43,429 nt of DNA from a virus (taxonomy: Duplodnaviria; Caudoviricetes): IMG/VR virus record IMGVR_UViG_3300021440_000048, positions 1-43,429 of that record, one strand, 5' to 3'. A program made the position numbers and the translations under genes. Positions 8,473 through 16,694 of the stretch are shown one piece after another. The notes beneath the pieces are model-generated. The model searched no databases. It saw nothing but the letters and a program-made list of their open reading frames with translations, and was not told where the DNA came from. How positions within the stretch are numbered: the stretch's first letter is position 1; every line of letters starts with the position of its first letter.

Positions 8473-10509
8473 TTATTGTTGAGTTGAGGAAGATTGAGGT
8501 GTTTGGGAAGGTGTGTTTGAAACTGCTCCTTGTTGTTGACCTTGCTGGGCTTGTGAGTTTAATTGCCCCGGGACATAACCAAAATCCTGTGGCTTAGGCT
8601 GCGGCGGCAACTTTGTAGGATCAATACCTTGTTTAGCTAACTGCATTACAACTTCTTGCCACTTCTCAGTTGCCTGCTCATACGCTTGTTGCTGAGGCGA
8701 CTTTTCAAATGGAGCAAGGTTTACATTTCTTGTCTTCATTAGGTAAGAAAACGCTGGCGCCACATTATAACCTTGAGCAAGAGCGGGCGAGGTAGATAAC
8801 ATTTGCACTGCAGTTGTGAACTCGTCCCCAGAAATTGCTTTGTCTGTAGGAGTTAGGCCATCAGTAATCTTATATGTTGTGAAAGATTTACGAAGTGCGA
8901 TCGGATCAACCTTCACAACTTTTTCTTGGCTTGGAGAATAAATAGAAATCCCGGCCTGATATTGTAGTGTGTTAATCTTAATAATTTCCTTCATAGGAGT
9001 AAATACTTGCGCTTCCAACAGCATTGCAGTCATCTGGTCTCGGCCATTTGAATTAGCCATCACAGTATCAAACTCATGGAGAGTTTTATTCCCTTTAACA
9101 AACTGACCTTGCTTTGCTTTATTCTGGCCATTTACATCATTAGCCATTTGCATAATCTGAGGAAGCTCTTGGAAAGCAACTGCAGATTGGTCATCACGGA
9201 ATGGGATAGGAAAATAAGCTTCTTGTGGAGACTTATTATATCCTGCCGGGCGCATTGGAATCTTAGCTGTCGGTGAATCTGAGTTCATGTGAGCTGCAGA
9301 AACAAGAAGAGGATTAAAAATACCTCTATCAGAAATTGCCCGCCGCCGCGCTGCCATAGCTGAATTTACCAAAGCAGATGCAACATCCTGATATACTCGT
9401 GCATTGTTAGCGAGGGATTTAGTTTGATAACCTAATCCATCTTCATTTGGCTGCCCAAACAAAACAGGGATAAGATTATGTGCATTGGTGCAACGTTCAG
9501 CATATATGAGAACTTGGTGATTGACAATGATAAACTTCCATACTTGAGGTGTATTAGCTGACGGAACTTTAAGGCGGAAATCTTGTGGGATGATCCGCGC
9601 ATACATTGTTGTCACTTCATAAAGATTCTTATAATTAATTTCCCCTGCCGGCCGTTCAAACATTCCAGCCCATGCCATCCAATCTGTTGATCTTTTAGGA
9701 TCTTTTTGGATAAGAGCATCAGGATTAATTTGAGGAAGGTAATAAGATTCAATACCTCCAGGACCTGCAGAGCTCGTTCCCATTCCAGACTCAAATGCTG
9801 CCTTGATGTTTGAAATCATTTTATCCGGAAGCTCATTAATAAACTTCTTCAGATGCATGCGAGACATTAGTTCTGTATAACCTGCAAACTCACCATTCTT
9901 TGAAATCTCTGTAGGCTTGTAGCGAGCATCCCAGAACGAGTTATATGGATCCCAACGTTTGATAGAATTACCTTCCCAGATAACTTCCTTCGGCCGCCCT
10001 TCTTTGCCTGCAGTAAATCCCATATCTGTTTCAATTGCTGCAGTAACTTGCCGCTCCCAAGATGTTTCTACAATACCGAAATTATATTTAAAACAATCCC
10101 GGAAGAATACCATAAGTTGCTGAGTCCAAGCACCTCGGATAGAATTCTCCTCAATAATTGCTTGGTATTGTAGAGCTGCATCCTCAGATTCTGGTGGCGC
10201 GACCCAGCCAAAGATAGGTGTGCCAGTTAGGAAAACACTTGATTGATAGGTAACTGCTGCTTCTACCTGAGGCATTACAACTGGAACAATGATGTTTTGG
10301 AACTTAGAAGGATCGCCATAACGATTAGATAGTTGTGCACGACGATGCTCAGAAGTCCAATCTGTTTCTCGATTATACGCAAGATCAACTTGCCTCATTT
10401 GTTCCCGCACATTCCATTGCTGATTAAGCATAGAATAGGATTGTTTATGGAATTGAATAATCCCTTCTTGGGACTTTTCAGGAATAATCATTGCTGTTGC
10501 AGAGGACAT
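8473..10509 (-). CDS. Portal protein
   Basis: 678 aa directly after terL. GQFVKGNKTLHEF motif and Gln/Pro-rich C-terminal tail, as in podoviral portals. Confidence 0.8.
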   Translation of the reverse strand: MSSATAMIIPEKSQEGIIQFHKQSYSMLNQQWNVREQMRQVDLAYNRETDWTSEHRRAQLSNRYGDPSKFQNIIVPVVMPQVEAAVTYQSSVFLTGTPIFGWVAPPESEDAALQYQAIIEENSIRGAWTQQLMVFFRDCFKYNFGIVETSWERQVTAAIETDMGFTAGKEGRPKEVIWEGNSIKRWDPYNSFWDARYKPTEISKNGEFAGYTELMSRMHLKKFINELPDKMISNIKAAFESGMGTSSAGPGGIESYYLPQINPDALIQKDPKRSTDWMAWAGMFERPAGEINYKNLYEVTTMYARIIPQDFRLKVPSANTPQVWKFIIVNHQVLIYAERCTNAHNLIPVLFGQPNEDGLGYQTKSLANNARVYQDVASALVNSAMAARRRAISDRGIFNPLLVSAAHMNSDSPTAKIPMRPAGYNKSPQEAYFPIPFRDDQSAVAFQELPQIMQMANDVNGQNKAKQGQFVKGNKTLHEFDTVMANSNGRDQMTAMLLEAQVFTPMKEIIKINTLQYQAGISIYSPSQEKVVKVDPIALRKSFTTYKITDGLTPTDKAISGDEFTTAVQMLSTSPALAQGYNVAPAFSYLMKTRNVNLAPFEKSPQQQAYEQATEKWQEVVMQLAKQGIDPTKLPPQPKPQDFGYVPGQLNSQAQQGQQQGAVSNTPSQTPQSSSTQQ

Positions 10510-10549
10510 GGTTTGGTCTCAGGTTGGATTAGTGTTTGGAGGTATAAAT

Positions 10550-10740
10550 TAACTACTAACTACTCGCTCATATCAGCTACGCTTATCGGCTAATCGCCGC
10601 GAATCTTAGTTAGTTCCTCGGAAGTAAAGTGCACGATCTCGCCTTAAGGCGATCTCTCTAAAGGCACTTGACTACCTGCGACTACTAACACGCTACGCTG
10701 GTCCGATCAACCTAACGCTGCGCCGAAGATTCGCTAACTT
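10550..10740 (-). other. Structured non-coding element (nested inverted repeats, three GCGNAGC minihairpins)
   Basis: 10599-10607 pairs with 10726-10734 and 10627-10632 with 10664-10669. Palindrome at 10639-10652. GCGTAGC twice and GCGCAGC once on the minus strand. Confidence 0.6.
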
Positions 10741-10763
10741 ACAGCACATCTAACTTAACTGCA

Positions 10764-12317
10764 TCAGAATGCTGAGTTCTCTATCTCATCATAGATCCGT
10801 ATCTCATTAAACTCCTGCTCAATTATTTGCAGGCCAGATAAGATAAGATCCATGTACATTTCTATGACTTTCGGCGCATAAGTAAGTAGGTCAAGCAATC
10901 CATCTGTGTTATCTCTCTTCAGTGGGTTGAACTGAGATATTTGCAGATTACAAGCTGCGGAGCAATCTGGATGGATTAGGATTTCTCCGGCAAGGAGCTG
11001 CTTGAACATTGTGAGAATCCGGGAGTTCTTGGAATATGTTCCAGAATATATCTCCACTGGATGAATGCCAATGATTCCTCTCTGGGTGCATATGAAATTA
11101 AACCAGTAGTTTAGAGAATATTGATACGCATTAGATTCGATCGCTATAACTGAGCAACCGCGCCGCAGAGCTATTTTAAGCGATTCCTCAATGGTTTCCC
11201 CGGGGCTAAATCTACCTTCCTTTATTTCCATACATACAGGTTTAGTATCATGCACTTCAAAATATCCAATGGATACAGCATCTGAATTAGCTTTATCATT
11301 AGAAGGATCGATGATTATGAAATTACCTGTATGGATCTCATCGCGCGGGATGTTATAGATAGGGAGTTTGGAAAGATCAACTAGGTTGTTAACTGAGGCA
11401 TTCTCATCATTTAGGACTTCCGCATAAAATACTTCAGGTTTTCCAGAACGAAGATCATTCTCAAATTCTCGAAGCAATTGTTCTGTTGGTTGAAGTTCTT
11501 CCCAGATAGATGTACCATCTTGGAGAAGTGCTCCAGAAATAAACTTAACCCAGGTAGGATTCTGCTTGATTCTACGAAGGAGGCTCCATTTAGTTGGGTA
11601 CATATTAGCCACAAAGATGAATAAACATCCATGCGGCGACTTAGCTTTCATTGCAGTGCCATAAAGATCCGATTCAATCTGTTCAGAGATTGTTTGAGAA
11701 TCTGCATCCTCGCGAGATTGAATGTCATCGAATAATATTACATCCGGGCGCTGGTGTTTTAGATTCAATCCTCGAACCGTAGATACAGTACCTGCGTAGA
11801 GAATGATATTTCTACCACGAAAGCCAAATTTCTTCAGACCTTGTTGATCAGTTTCAACACCTAATCTCCAATCACCGAAAACTTTCTTAATATTCGGCTC
11901 ATCTAAGAAATCCATCACATCAGACAGGATTGCTACAGCTTTTTTCTCGTTGTTTGCGCAGATGAGGATGAAAGTTCGCTTGGTGAATAGGATAACATAA
12001 AGCAGAAAGATTTTAATAAAGGTAGTTTTAGCAAATCCGCGCGGCAGTCCTATGGCAAGTTGGGAAAAATCTCGCTCTTTATGAATATAAGATAGGAGCC
12101 ATTTCCAAATTGCTTGAAAAACAGATGGAAAGAGATATCTAAAGACTGTTGGCATGGCCATTGCAGCTAGAAAATCTAAAGAATTCTTTGCTGCATCAAT
12201 AACCTGAGCTGTTTCAAATGCTGCTTCTTGAAAAGCTTCGGTAGATTTGCCCTCGGTTAGGTTCTCTTCCAGTTCCGGAGATTCCAAGCCTAATTTTTCA
12301 TTCCAATTTCCGGCCAT
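10764..12317 (-). CDS. terL: Terminase large subunit
   Basis: 517 aa with Walker A PRGFAKTT, Walker B ILFDD, nuclease IIIDPS and C-terminal DGLLD. AGGAG SD. Confidence 0.92.
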   Translation of the reverse strand: MAGNWNEKLGLESPELEENLTEGKSTEAFQEAAFETAQVIDAAKNSLDFLAAMAMPTVFRYLFPSVFQAIWKWLLSYIHKERDFSQLAIGLPRGFAKTTFIKIFLLYVILFTKRTFILICANNEKKAVAILSDVMDFLDEPNIKKVFGDWRLGVETDQQGLKKFGFRGRNIILYAGTVSTVRGLNLKHQRPDVILFDDIQSREDADSQTISEQIESDLYGTAMKAKSPHGCLFIFVANMYPTKWSLLRRIKQNPTWVKFISGALLQDGTSIWEELQPTEQLLREFENDLRSGKPEVFYAEVLNDENASVNNLVDLSKLPIYNIPRDEIHTGNFIIIDPSNDKANSDAVSIGYFEVHDTKPVCMEIKEGRFSPGETIEESLKIALRRGCSVIAIESNAYQYSLNYWFNFICTQRGIIGIHPVEIYSGTYSKNSRILTMFKQLLAGEILIHPDCSAACNLQISQFNPLKRDNTDGLLDLLTYAPKVIEMYMDLILSGLQIIEQEFNEIRIYDEIENSAF

Positions 12318-12318
12318 C

Positions 12319-12477
12319 TTATCTCCTTTCCAATGCTTTTCTTCCTAGCATCAATTGGATTTTCAGCAACTGTTCTTTTGCAGCTTCTTTGTTCTTTTCT
12401 AGAAGATACTTTTGTTGCTCTGCTTGCTCAGAAGTTCTCTTGAGTTGCGCCTGCTGGAATGGATTGATTGAGCACAT
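12319..12477 (-). CDS. Small coiled-coil-like protein (52 aa), absent from the ORF track
   Basis: AAAGGA SD, then MCSINPFQQAQLKRTSEQAEQQKYLLEKNKEAAKEQLLKIQLMLGRKALERR. Stop ends 1 nt before the terL ATG. Confidence 0.55.
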   Translation of the reverse strand: MCSINPFQQAQLKRTSEQAEQQKYLLEKNKEAAKEQLLKIQLMLGRKALERR

Positions 12478-13030
12478 GATTATTTTCCTTTCTTTCTTTA
12501 GATGCTTCTAAAAGTTTCATCATATTAGCTGATTGAATTGTTACAAGTTCTGTGTCACCTGCTCGGATAACCTGATTGTTTAGATTTGTTTCAATCATTG
12601 GTCGAGCAGGGGTAGAGGAATTGGAGGAACCTGTAAAATTTGCGAATATCTGAGTTGGCATAACGAGTTGCACAACTGTCTGTTGATTAGTTATCTGCTC
12701 CGGCGCCGATGAGCCTCTACGTTTCGCTGCATTGATAACTTGGATAGCTTTCAGAACTTCATGAGGTTTAATCATAAAAGGAATTAGATCCTCAAACTTG
12801 CTCTGAAGTTTCGCCTCTATTTCATCATACTTGTTGTCTCGCTCAGAATGTGCGGAAAGATTCTCAAAGCGCAGTTCAGCAACCTTAGCTGCAAAAGATT
12901 CATCACTCAGGAGTTGTGAAATCCTAGAAACTGAAACACCCACTGCAGATGCCACTATTTCCGGCCCAAGACCTTGGCCAAGAAGAGTTAGTGCTCTATC
13001 TTCAGTTGAGGTTGTTGTGGAAGTGGACAT
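12428..13030 (-). CDS. terS: Putative terminase small subunit (N-terminal HTH)
   Basis: HTH-like PEIVASAVGVSVSRISQLL followed by helical segments; first gene of the late arm upstream of terL. ATG 13030 preferred over 13105. Confidence 0.65.
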   Translation of the reverse strand: MSTSTTTSTEDRALTLLGQGLGPEIVASAVGVSVSRISQLLSDESFAAKVAELRFENLSAHSERDNKYDEIEAKLQSKFEDLIPFMIKPHEVLKAIQVINAAKRRGSSAPEQITNQQTVVQLVMPTQIFANFTGSSNSSTPARPMIETNLNNQVIRAGDTELVTIQSANMMKLLEASKERKENNHVLNQSIPAGATQENF

Positions 13031-13149
13031 CTTATTTGCTCTTGTGTTTAGTTTATAGGGAGTGCTTATTACAAAGATCGCGCCAGCTGGAAGTGGACAT
13101 GGCAAGGCTCTGAAAAATTTTTAGCAGAAAAATCTGAGGAACTAGTTGA

Positions 13150-13186
13150 ATGATAAAGGTAAGGAAACTAAGATACAAGGGGGATC
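13150..13186 (-). promoter_or_regulatory. Putative late promoter GATCCCCC-TTGTAT-N17-TATCAT
   Basis: -35 at 13173-13178 and -10 at 13150-13155, upstream of terS. Confidence 0.6.
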
Positions 13187-13379
13187 GAAAAGATAAAAAG
13201 TTTAGGAAAATGGGATGGGATCAATAGGATATAGCCACCAACACAAACCTAAAAAGGCCCATACCCCCTGGGGTTTGTTATATGTTATATGGGATATGTA
13301 TAATGGGGAATGTTAAATGTTATGTATGGGTACAGGCTAGGATGGGTATATGTTAGGGTTTACCCTATGTACCTAGGCA

Positions 13380-13450
13380 TGTGACAATTATTGTACCTAT
13401 GAACAAAAAGTGTCACCTAGATATTCGGACATGTGACAAGATTGGTCACA
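13380..13450. promoter_or_regulatory. Enhancer-like GTGAC/GTCAC boxes upstream of the sigma54-type promoter
   Basis: TGTGACAATTATTGTAC at 13380, GAACAAAAAGTGTCAC at 13401, and TGTGAC-N7-GTCACA at 13432-13450. Confidence 0.4.
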
Positions 13451-13490
13451 TTAGTTAGGGTTTATACCTAGGGAATAGGGTTGTTTAAGG

Positions 13491-13507
13491 TTGGCATGGT
13501 ATGTGCT
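13491..13507 (+). promoter_or_regulatory. Sigma54 (-24/-12) type promoter
   Basis: TTGGCATGGTATGTGCT has exact GG-N10-GC spacing, close to consensus TGGCACG-N4-TTGCW, about 55 nt before an SD-led ORF. Confidence 0.6.
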
Positions 13508-13563
13508 TTATATAGGTTGTAGGTTGTTTGATTAAATTGAATGGTTTAAGTAAAGGAAATGAA

Positions 13564-13692
13564 ATGTCTAATGAAGAGTTGATTGCATTCTTATCTGGCA
13601 ATCTGTCCATTGAAGCAGCACATAGTCAAGATGGTAAAACATTCTGTGTCATCTTTCTTGATGGTACTTGCGTTCAATTCTCTGTTCTGTGA
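13564..13692 (+). CDS. Small early protein (42 aa), absent from the ORF track
   Basis: AAAGGA SD. MSNEELIAFLSGNLSIEAAHSQDGKTFCVIFLDGTCVQFSVL. Confidence 0.6.
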   Translation: MSNEELIAFLSGNLSIEAAHSQDGKTFCVIFLDGTCVQFSVL

Positions 13693-13788
13693 TATAATAC
13701 ACAGACAAAACATTCTTGTTACAATTTGTTACAGTTTATTTTAATTTTTGAGTACCCCTATCTATATGATTTGAATATATCTATATTA

Positions 13789-13805
13789 TGCACTATTTTG
13801 GTGCA
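13789..13805. promoter_or_regulatory. NtrC-like box 1
   Basis: TGCACTATTTTGGTGCA versus NtrC consensus TGCACCA-N3-TGGTGCA. Confidence 0.45.
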
Positions 13806-13891
13806 TACTAAGATATGTTTAATACTTAACTCACATCGAGTTACTACATATCAACCACATATTTGTTATTACCTTAATCGGAGATTCTATC

Positions 13892-14557
13892 ATGTCAGTT
13901 ATTTCCACAAGACACAATGTTAATGCTTTTGTTACAGGAACATCTAAGCCATTGCATGGGCAGAGGCTGAGTAAGGTAGGTTATAAGAGCACGAAACAGA
14001 ATCCTGCCAAATATCCATCCATTTGCGTAAGTGTGCCAGTTATTCCATCGAATGAGATTATTAGTAATGTAGATAAGATTGTCCCATATGTGAGGAGCAT
14101 GCTGGAATCTGCTCAGGATGGAATAATTAGATCCCTGTATGAGTCATCAGGTGGAATGCTAACTAGTATTGGTGATGATGAACTGAACATCGGTGCAATT
14201 CTCGGTTTCCTGAGTGCTGAGGCATCGGGAGATAGATTGACTAAAGAAGGTTTGGAAGAGTGGTTTAAGGTAACTATGGCGGACTCTCTGATTGTAGTAT
14301 TCGCCGAGAAACTTGGTTTTGATCTATCTACTCCAGAACAGGAAGTGGTAGTTATGAAACATGTAGATGTTTATAAGGATATGATCTCTAGTCTCAGTGG
14401 AGGGAAAACAATGCTAGGAATGGATAAGATTAGTAATATCAGGAAAGCATTTAGTTTGTGTGGGTTAGATGATGAACCGATGGTTGAGAAGTTGAATGCA
14501 CGGTTAGATAATATTGAGAAGAAAGGGAAGGAACAGGAATTAATGCTGAACCTGTAA
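13892..14557 (+). CDS. Hypothetical early protein (221 aa)
   Basis: GGAG SD and long ORF; possible distant paralogue of 20789..21439. Confidence 0.85.
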   Translation: MSVISTRHNVNAFVTGTSKPLHGQRLSKVGYKSTKQNPAKYPSICVSVPVIPSNEIISNVDKIVPYVRSMLESAQDGIIRSLYESSGGMLTSIGDDELNIGAILGFLSAEASGDRLTKEGLEEWFKVTMADSLIVVFAEKLGFDLSTPEQEVVVMKHVDVYKDMISSLSGGKTMLGMDKISNIRKAFSLCGLDDEPMVEKLNARLDNIEKKGKEQELMLNL

Positions 14558-14581
14558 TGGTTTGGATCATTCGACACTTTG

Positions 14582-14632
14582 ATATCTTTTAGTGCATATT
14601 AGATTTAAGTCTAGTGTGCACAATAAAGGTAT
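14582..14632 (+). terminator. Long imperfect RNA hairpin (terminator or RNase III-like site)
   Basis: ATATCTTT..GTGCATATTAGAT pairs with GTCTAGTGTGCAC..AAAGGTAT via G-U pairs on the plus strand, followed by TCTTTTT. Confidence 0.5.
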
Positions 14633-14975
14633 TAATCTTTTTAAAAAACTCAAATGTAGACCGCTAGACCGCCAGACTGTGAGGGGGTGCCTATGGGTGC
14701 CCTCTGAGGGGCATCTGTTAGGTAAGATACACTAGTTTAGGTAAAGTACCATACATAACTAGACTGTCAGACTGCCAGACTGTAGGCCCCCACGCCACTG
14801 ACCTGACCTTGCGTTCGCCAGATTGTGCATTACATAGTTTAGGTAATTAGTTCATATATCTATATCCATACATATCTACACCTATGTGCATACTAATGGT
14901 AATATAGGGTATATTAAAATATTCTTTTTTAAATTTTGAAGCCCCTTAAAAACGACCGTAAGACGTATATTAGCT

Positions 14976-14992
14976 TGCACTATTATGGTGCA
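14976..14992. promoter_or_regulatory. NtrC-like box 2
   Basis: TGCACTATTATGGTGCA, 16/17 identical to box 1. Confidence 0.45.
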
Positions 14993-15089
14993 CTCCTTAG
15001 GATTATGTACTCTTTGCCCTATATGCATAGTTTATCCTATTATGTATATAATCCCAAGATAGCTTATAAATAATCCTATCCTATCTGAC

Positions 15090-15118
15090 TTGACAGCACA
15101 GGCGGCCCCGGTTACCCT
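15090..15118 (+). promoter_or_regulatory. Sigma70-type early promoter
   Basis: TTGACA-N17-TACCCT upstream of ORF 15211. Confidence 0.55.
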
Positions 15119-15210
15119 GGGGCACCCCTTACGGTCTAGCAGTCTAGCAGTCTAGTTTTGAACTTTTTGTTTAGATTTTTAATTCTTTTAACAAAAGAAA
15201 GGAACCTATC

Positions 15211-15408
15211 ATGCAACCATCTTTAGAAAAGTATAGGGTATATCCTGAAACATTTGAAGGATATACTCAAATAACTTGTAGTCATGCTTATTTTGGAACA
15301 GTTATCTATTATCTTTCTTCAGAGGACTTTCAAGATAATATCAGAAGTATTATCAACCCTTGCTGGATTAATGGTTACACAGTTGTTATTACTTCAATGG
15401 AGCCTTAA
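15211..15408 (+). CDS. Hypothetical early protein (65 aa)
   Basis: AAAGGA SD; first gene after the promoter at 15090. Confidence 0.7.
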   Translation: MQPSLEKYRVYPETFEGYTQITCSHAYFGTVIYYLSSEDFQDNIRSIINPCWINGYTVVITSMEP

Positions 15409-15420
15409 AGGAATCCCCTC

Positions 15421-15624
<204 letters not shown>

Positions 15625-15637
15625 AAGGAATATTTTC

Positions 15638-15847
15638 ATGAATTCAATTAATCACCCTATCTACAAATATAATTTCCGGGTCAATTTCTGGAAAATAGGT
15701 AAATCCCCACTTATTTATTCTTGTATAGCAAGAACAGATTTAGAGGCAATGCGTAAATATTGTCTTTCCCCTACGATACAAGACATATCTATGGATGAAA
15801 TAGAATCAGTCATTATTACTCACACAAAAATAGGAGAGCTAGCATGA
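15638..15847 (+). CDS. Hypothetical early protein (69 aa)
   Basis: AAAGGA SD; ATGA overlap with the next gene. Confidence 0.7.
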   Translation: MNSINHPIYKYNFRVNFWKIGKSPLIYSCIARTDLEAMRKYCLSPTIQDISMDEIESVIITHTKIGELA

Positions 15848-16221
15848 CTAAAAAATACCGCCCATATTTCACACTACCTGAGTTAGAAGTTATCTCAATA
15901 GGGCTAAAAACAGTCACTCCTGTTCATGTGGATCTGATAAGATATCTTGATAAATATATCAGTGATATTAAATCAGGGCTCAGGCAGGAAAATCATACGC
16001 TGCTTCCATCAATGGAACAAAAGCTAGGATTTACAGAACCTAAGAATGACCTAGGTTATTCAATAGAATCTCTTATCCAAACATATAATTCCTCAGGGTT
16101 CACTCTTCTTAATCCCGCACAAATTGTGCTTGTTCAGGAGTATAGATATGAAAACGATCTTATGTCCTCGCAAGAAGAAATTGAATATGAAAAGAGTATG
16201 GGAATTAATTTTTCCTCCTAA
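15844..16221 (+). CDS. Hypothetical protein (125 aa)
   Basis: AGGAG SD; coupled to the upstream gene. Confidence 0.8.
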   Translation: MTKKYRPYFTLPELEVISIGLKTVTPVHVDLIRYLDKYISDIKSGLRQENHTLLPSMEQKLGFTEPKNDLGYSIESLIQTYNSSGFTLLNPAQIVLVQEYRYENDLMSSQEEIEYEKSMGINFSS

Positions 16222-16243
16222 TACTCCGATCTATAATTCTGAT

Positions 16244-16360
16244 ATGGAAGAACAAACACATCTAAGTGATACTGAAGTAACAGTTATAATGATCTGTATT
16301 GTTCTCCTAGACCTATTCTTTTTCTTCTTCATCCTCTGGAGCACATATCATGGGCATTAG
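16244..16360 (+). CDS. Small single-TM membrane peptide (38 aa)
   Basis: VTVIMICIVLLDLFFFFFILW hydrophobic run; start uncertain and no clear SD. Confidence 0.35.
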   Translation: MEEQTHLSDTEVTVIMICIVLLDLFFFFFILWSTYHGH

Positions 16361-16535
16361 ATTCTATATCCTTTCATCCTCTAAGATTCCAATAATCTGG
16401 AGGTTGCGTATATATAACTCTATTGATTTTATCTTCTCCTTCCTGCTATTCCTATGTGATATTACTATCCTCCTAGTAATAACTCTATTTATCCTTCAAC
16501 CATCCTGGTTAACAGATATGTTGTCAGTACTCTGA
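16350..16535 (+). CDS. Small membrane protein (61 aa)
   Basis: GGAG SD; hydrophobic FIFSFLLFLCDITILLVITLFIL. Confidence 0.5.
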   Translation: MGIRFYILSSSKIPIIWRLRIYNSIDFIFSFLLFLCDITILLVITLFILQPSWLTDMLSVL

Positions 16536-16583
16536 CCGAGGGGGCCACCGCTCCCCGAGCTATTAAAATCCTGTGAGCAAAAC

Positions 16584-16626
16584 AATCCGCATATTAGTTA
16601 ACTCTAAGCTGTGGATTCTTTTGTTT
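16584..16626 (+). terminator. Possible intrinsic terminator
   Basis: AATCCGCA pairs with TGTGGATT, followed by CTTTTGTTT. Confidence 0.35.
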
Positions 16627-16694
16627 ATTAATCCTGATAAACAATACTTGTGCTCTGCACAATACTCTCAGCATATAACCCTGAGGCTGATACT

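Larger units (their letters stand above)
14641..15170. repeat. Iteron-like (YAGACYGY)x3 blocks in inverted arrangement; candidate origin or genome-end element
   Basis: Blocks at 14657-14680 (+), 14760-14783 (+) and 15131-15154 (-). The outer two share a GGGGTGCC tail and an A-tract flank, enclosing an AT-rich core. Confidence 0.75.

Noticed and set aside
13432-13450. CRP/FNR site
   Set aside because: TGTGA and TCACA are 9 bp apart instead of the required 6.
13726-13923. 65-aa ORF from the track
   Set aside because: TTG start without an SD, running through regulatory-looking palindromes and overlapping the next gene's start.
14641-15170. Invertible segment or MITE bounded by the inverted arms
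   Set aside because: No recombinase or transposase gene, the arms are imperfect, no target duplication is evident, and a third internal triplet favours protein-binding repeats.
16536-16630. tRNA or other known RNA gene in the GC-rich intergenic patch
   Set aside because: Only short hairpins; no cloverleaf or T-loop GTTCRA motif.
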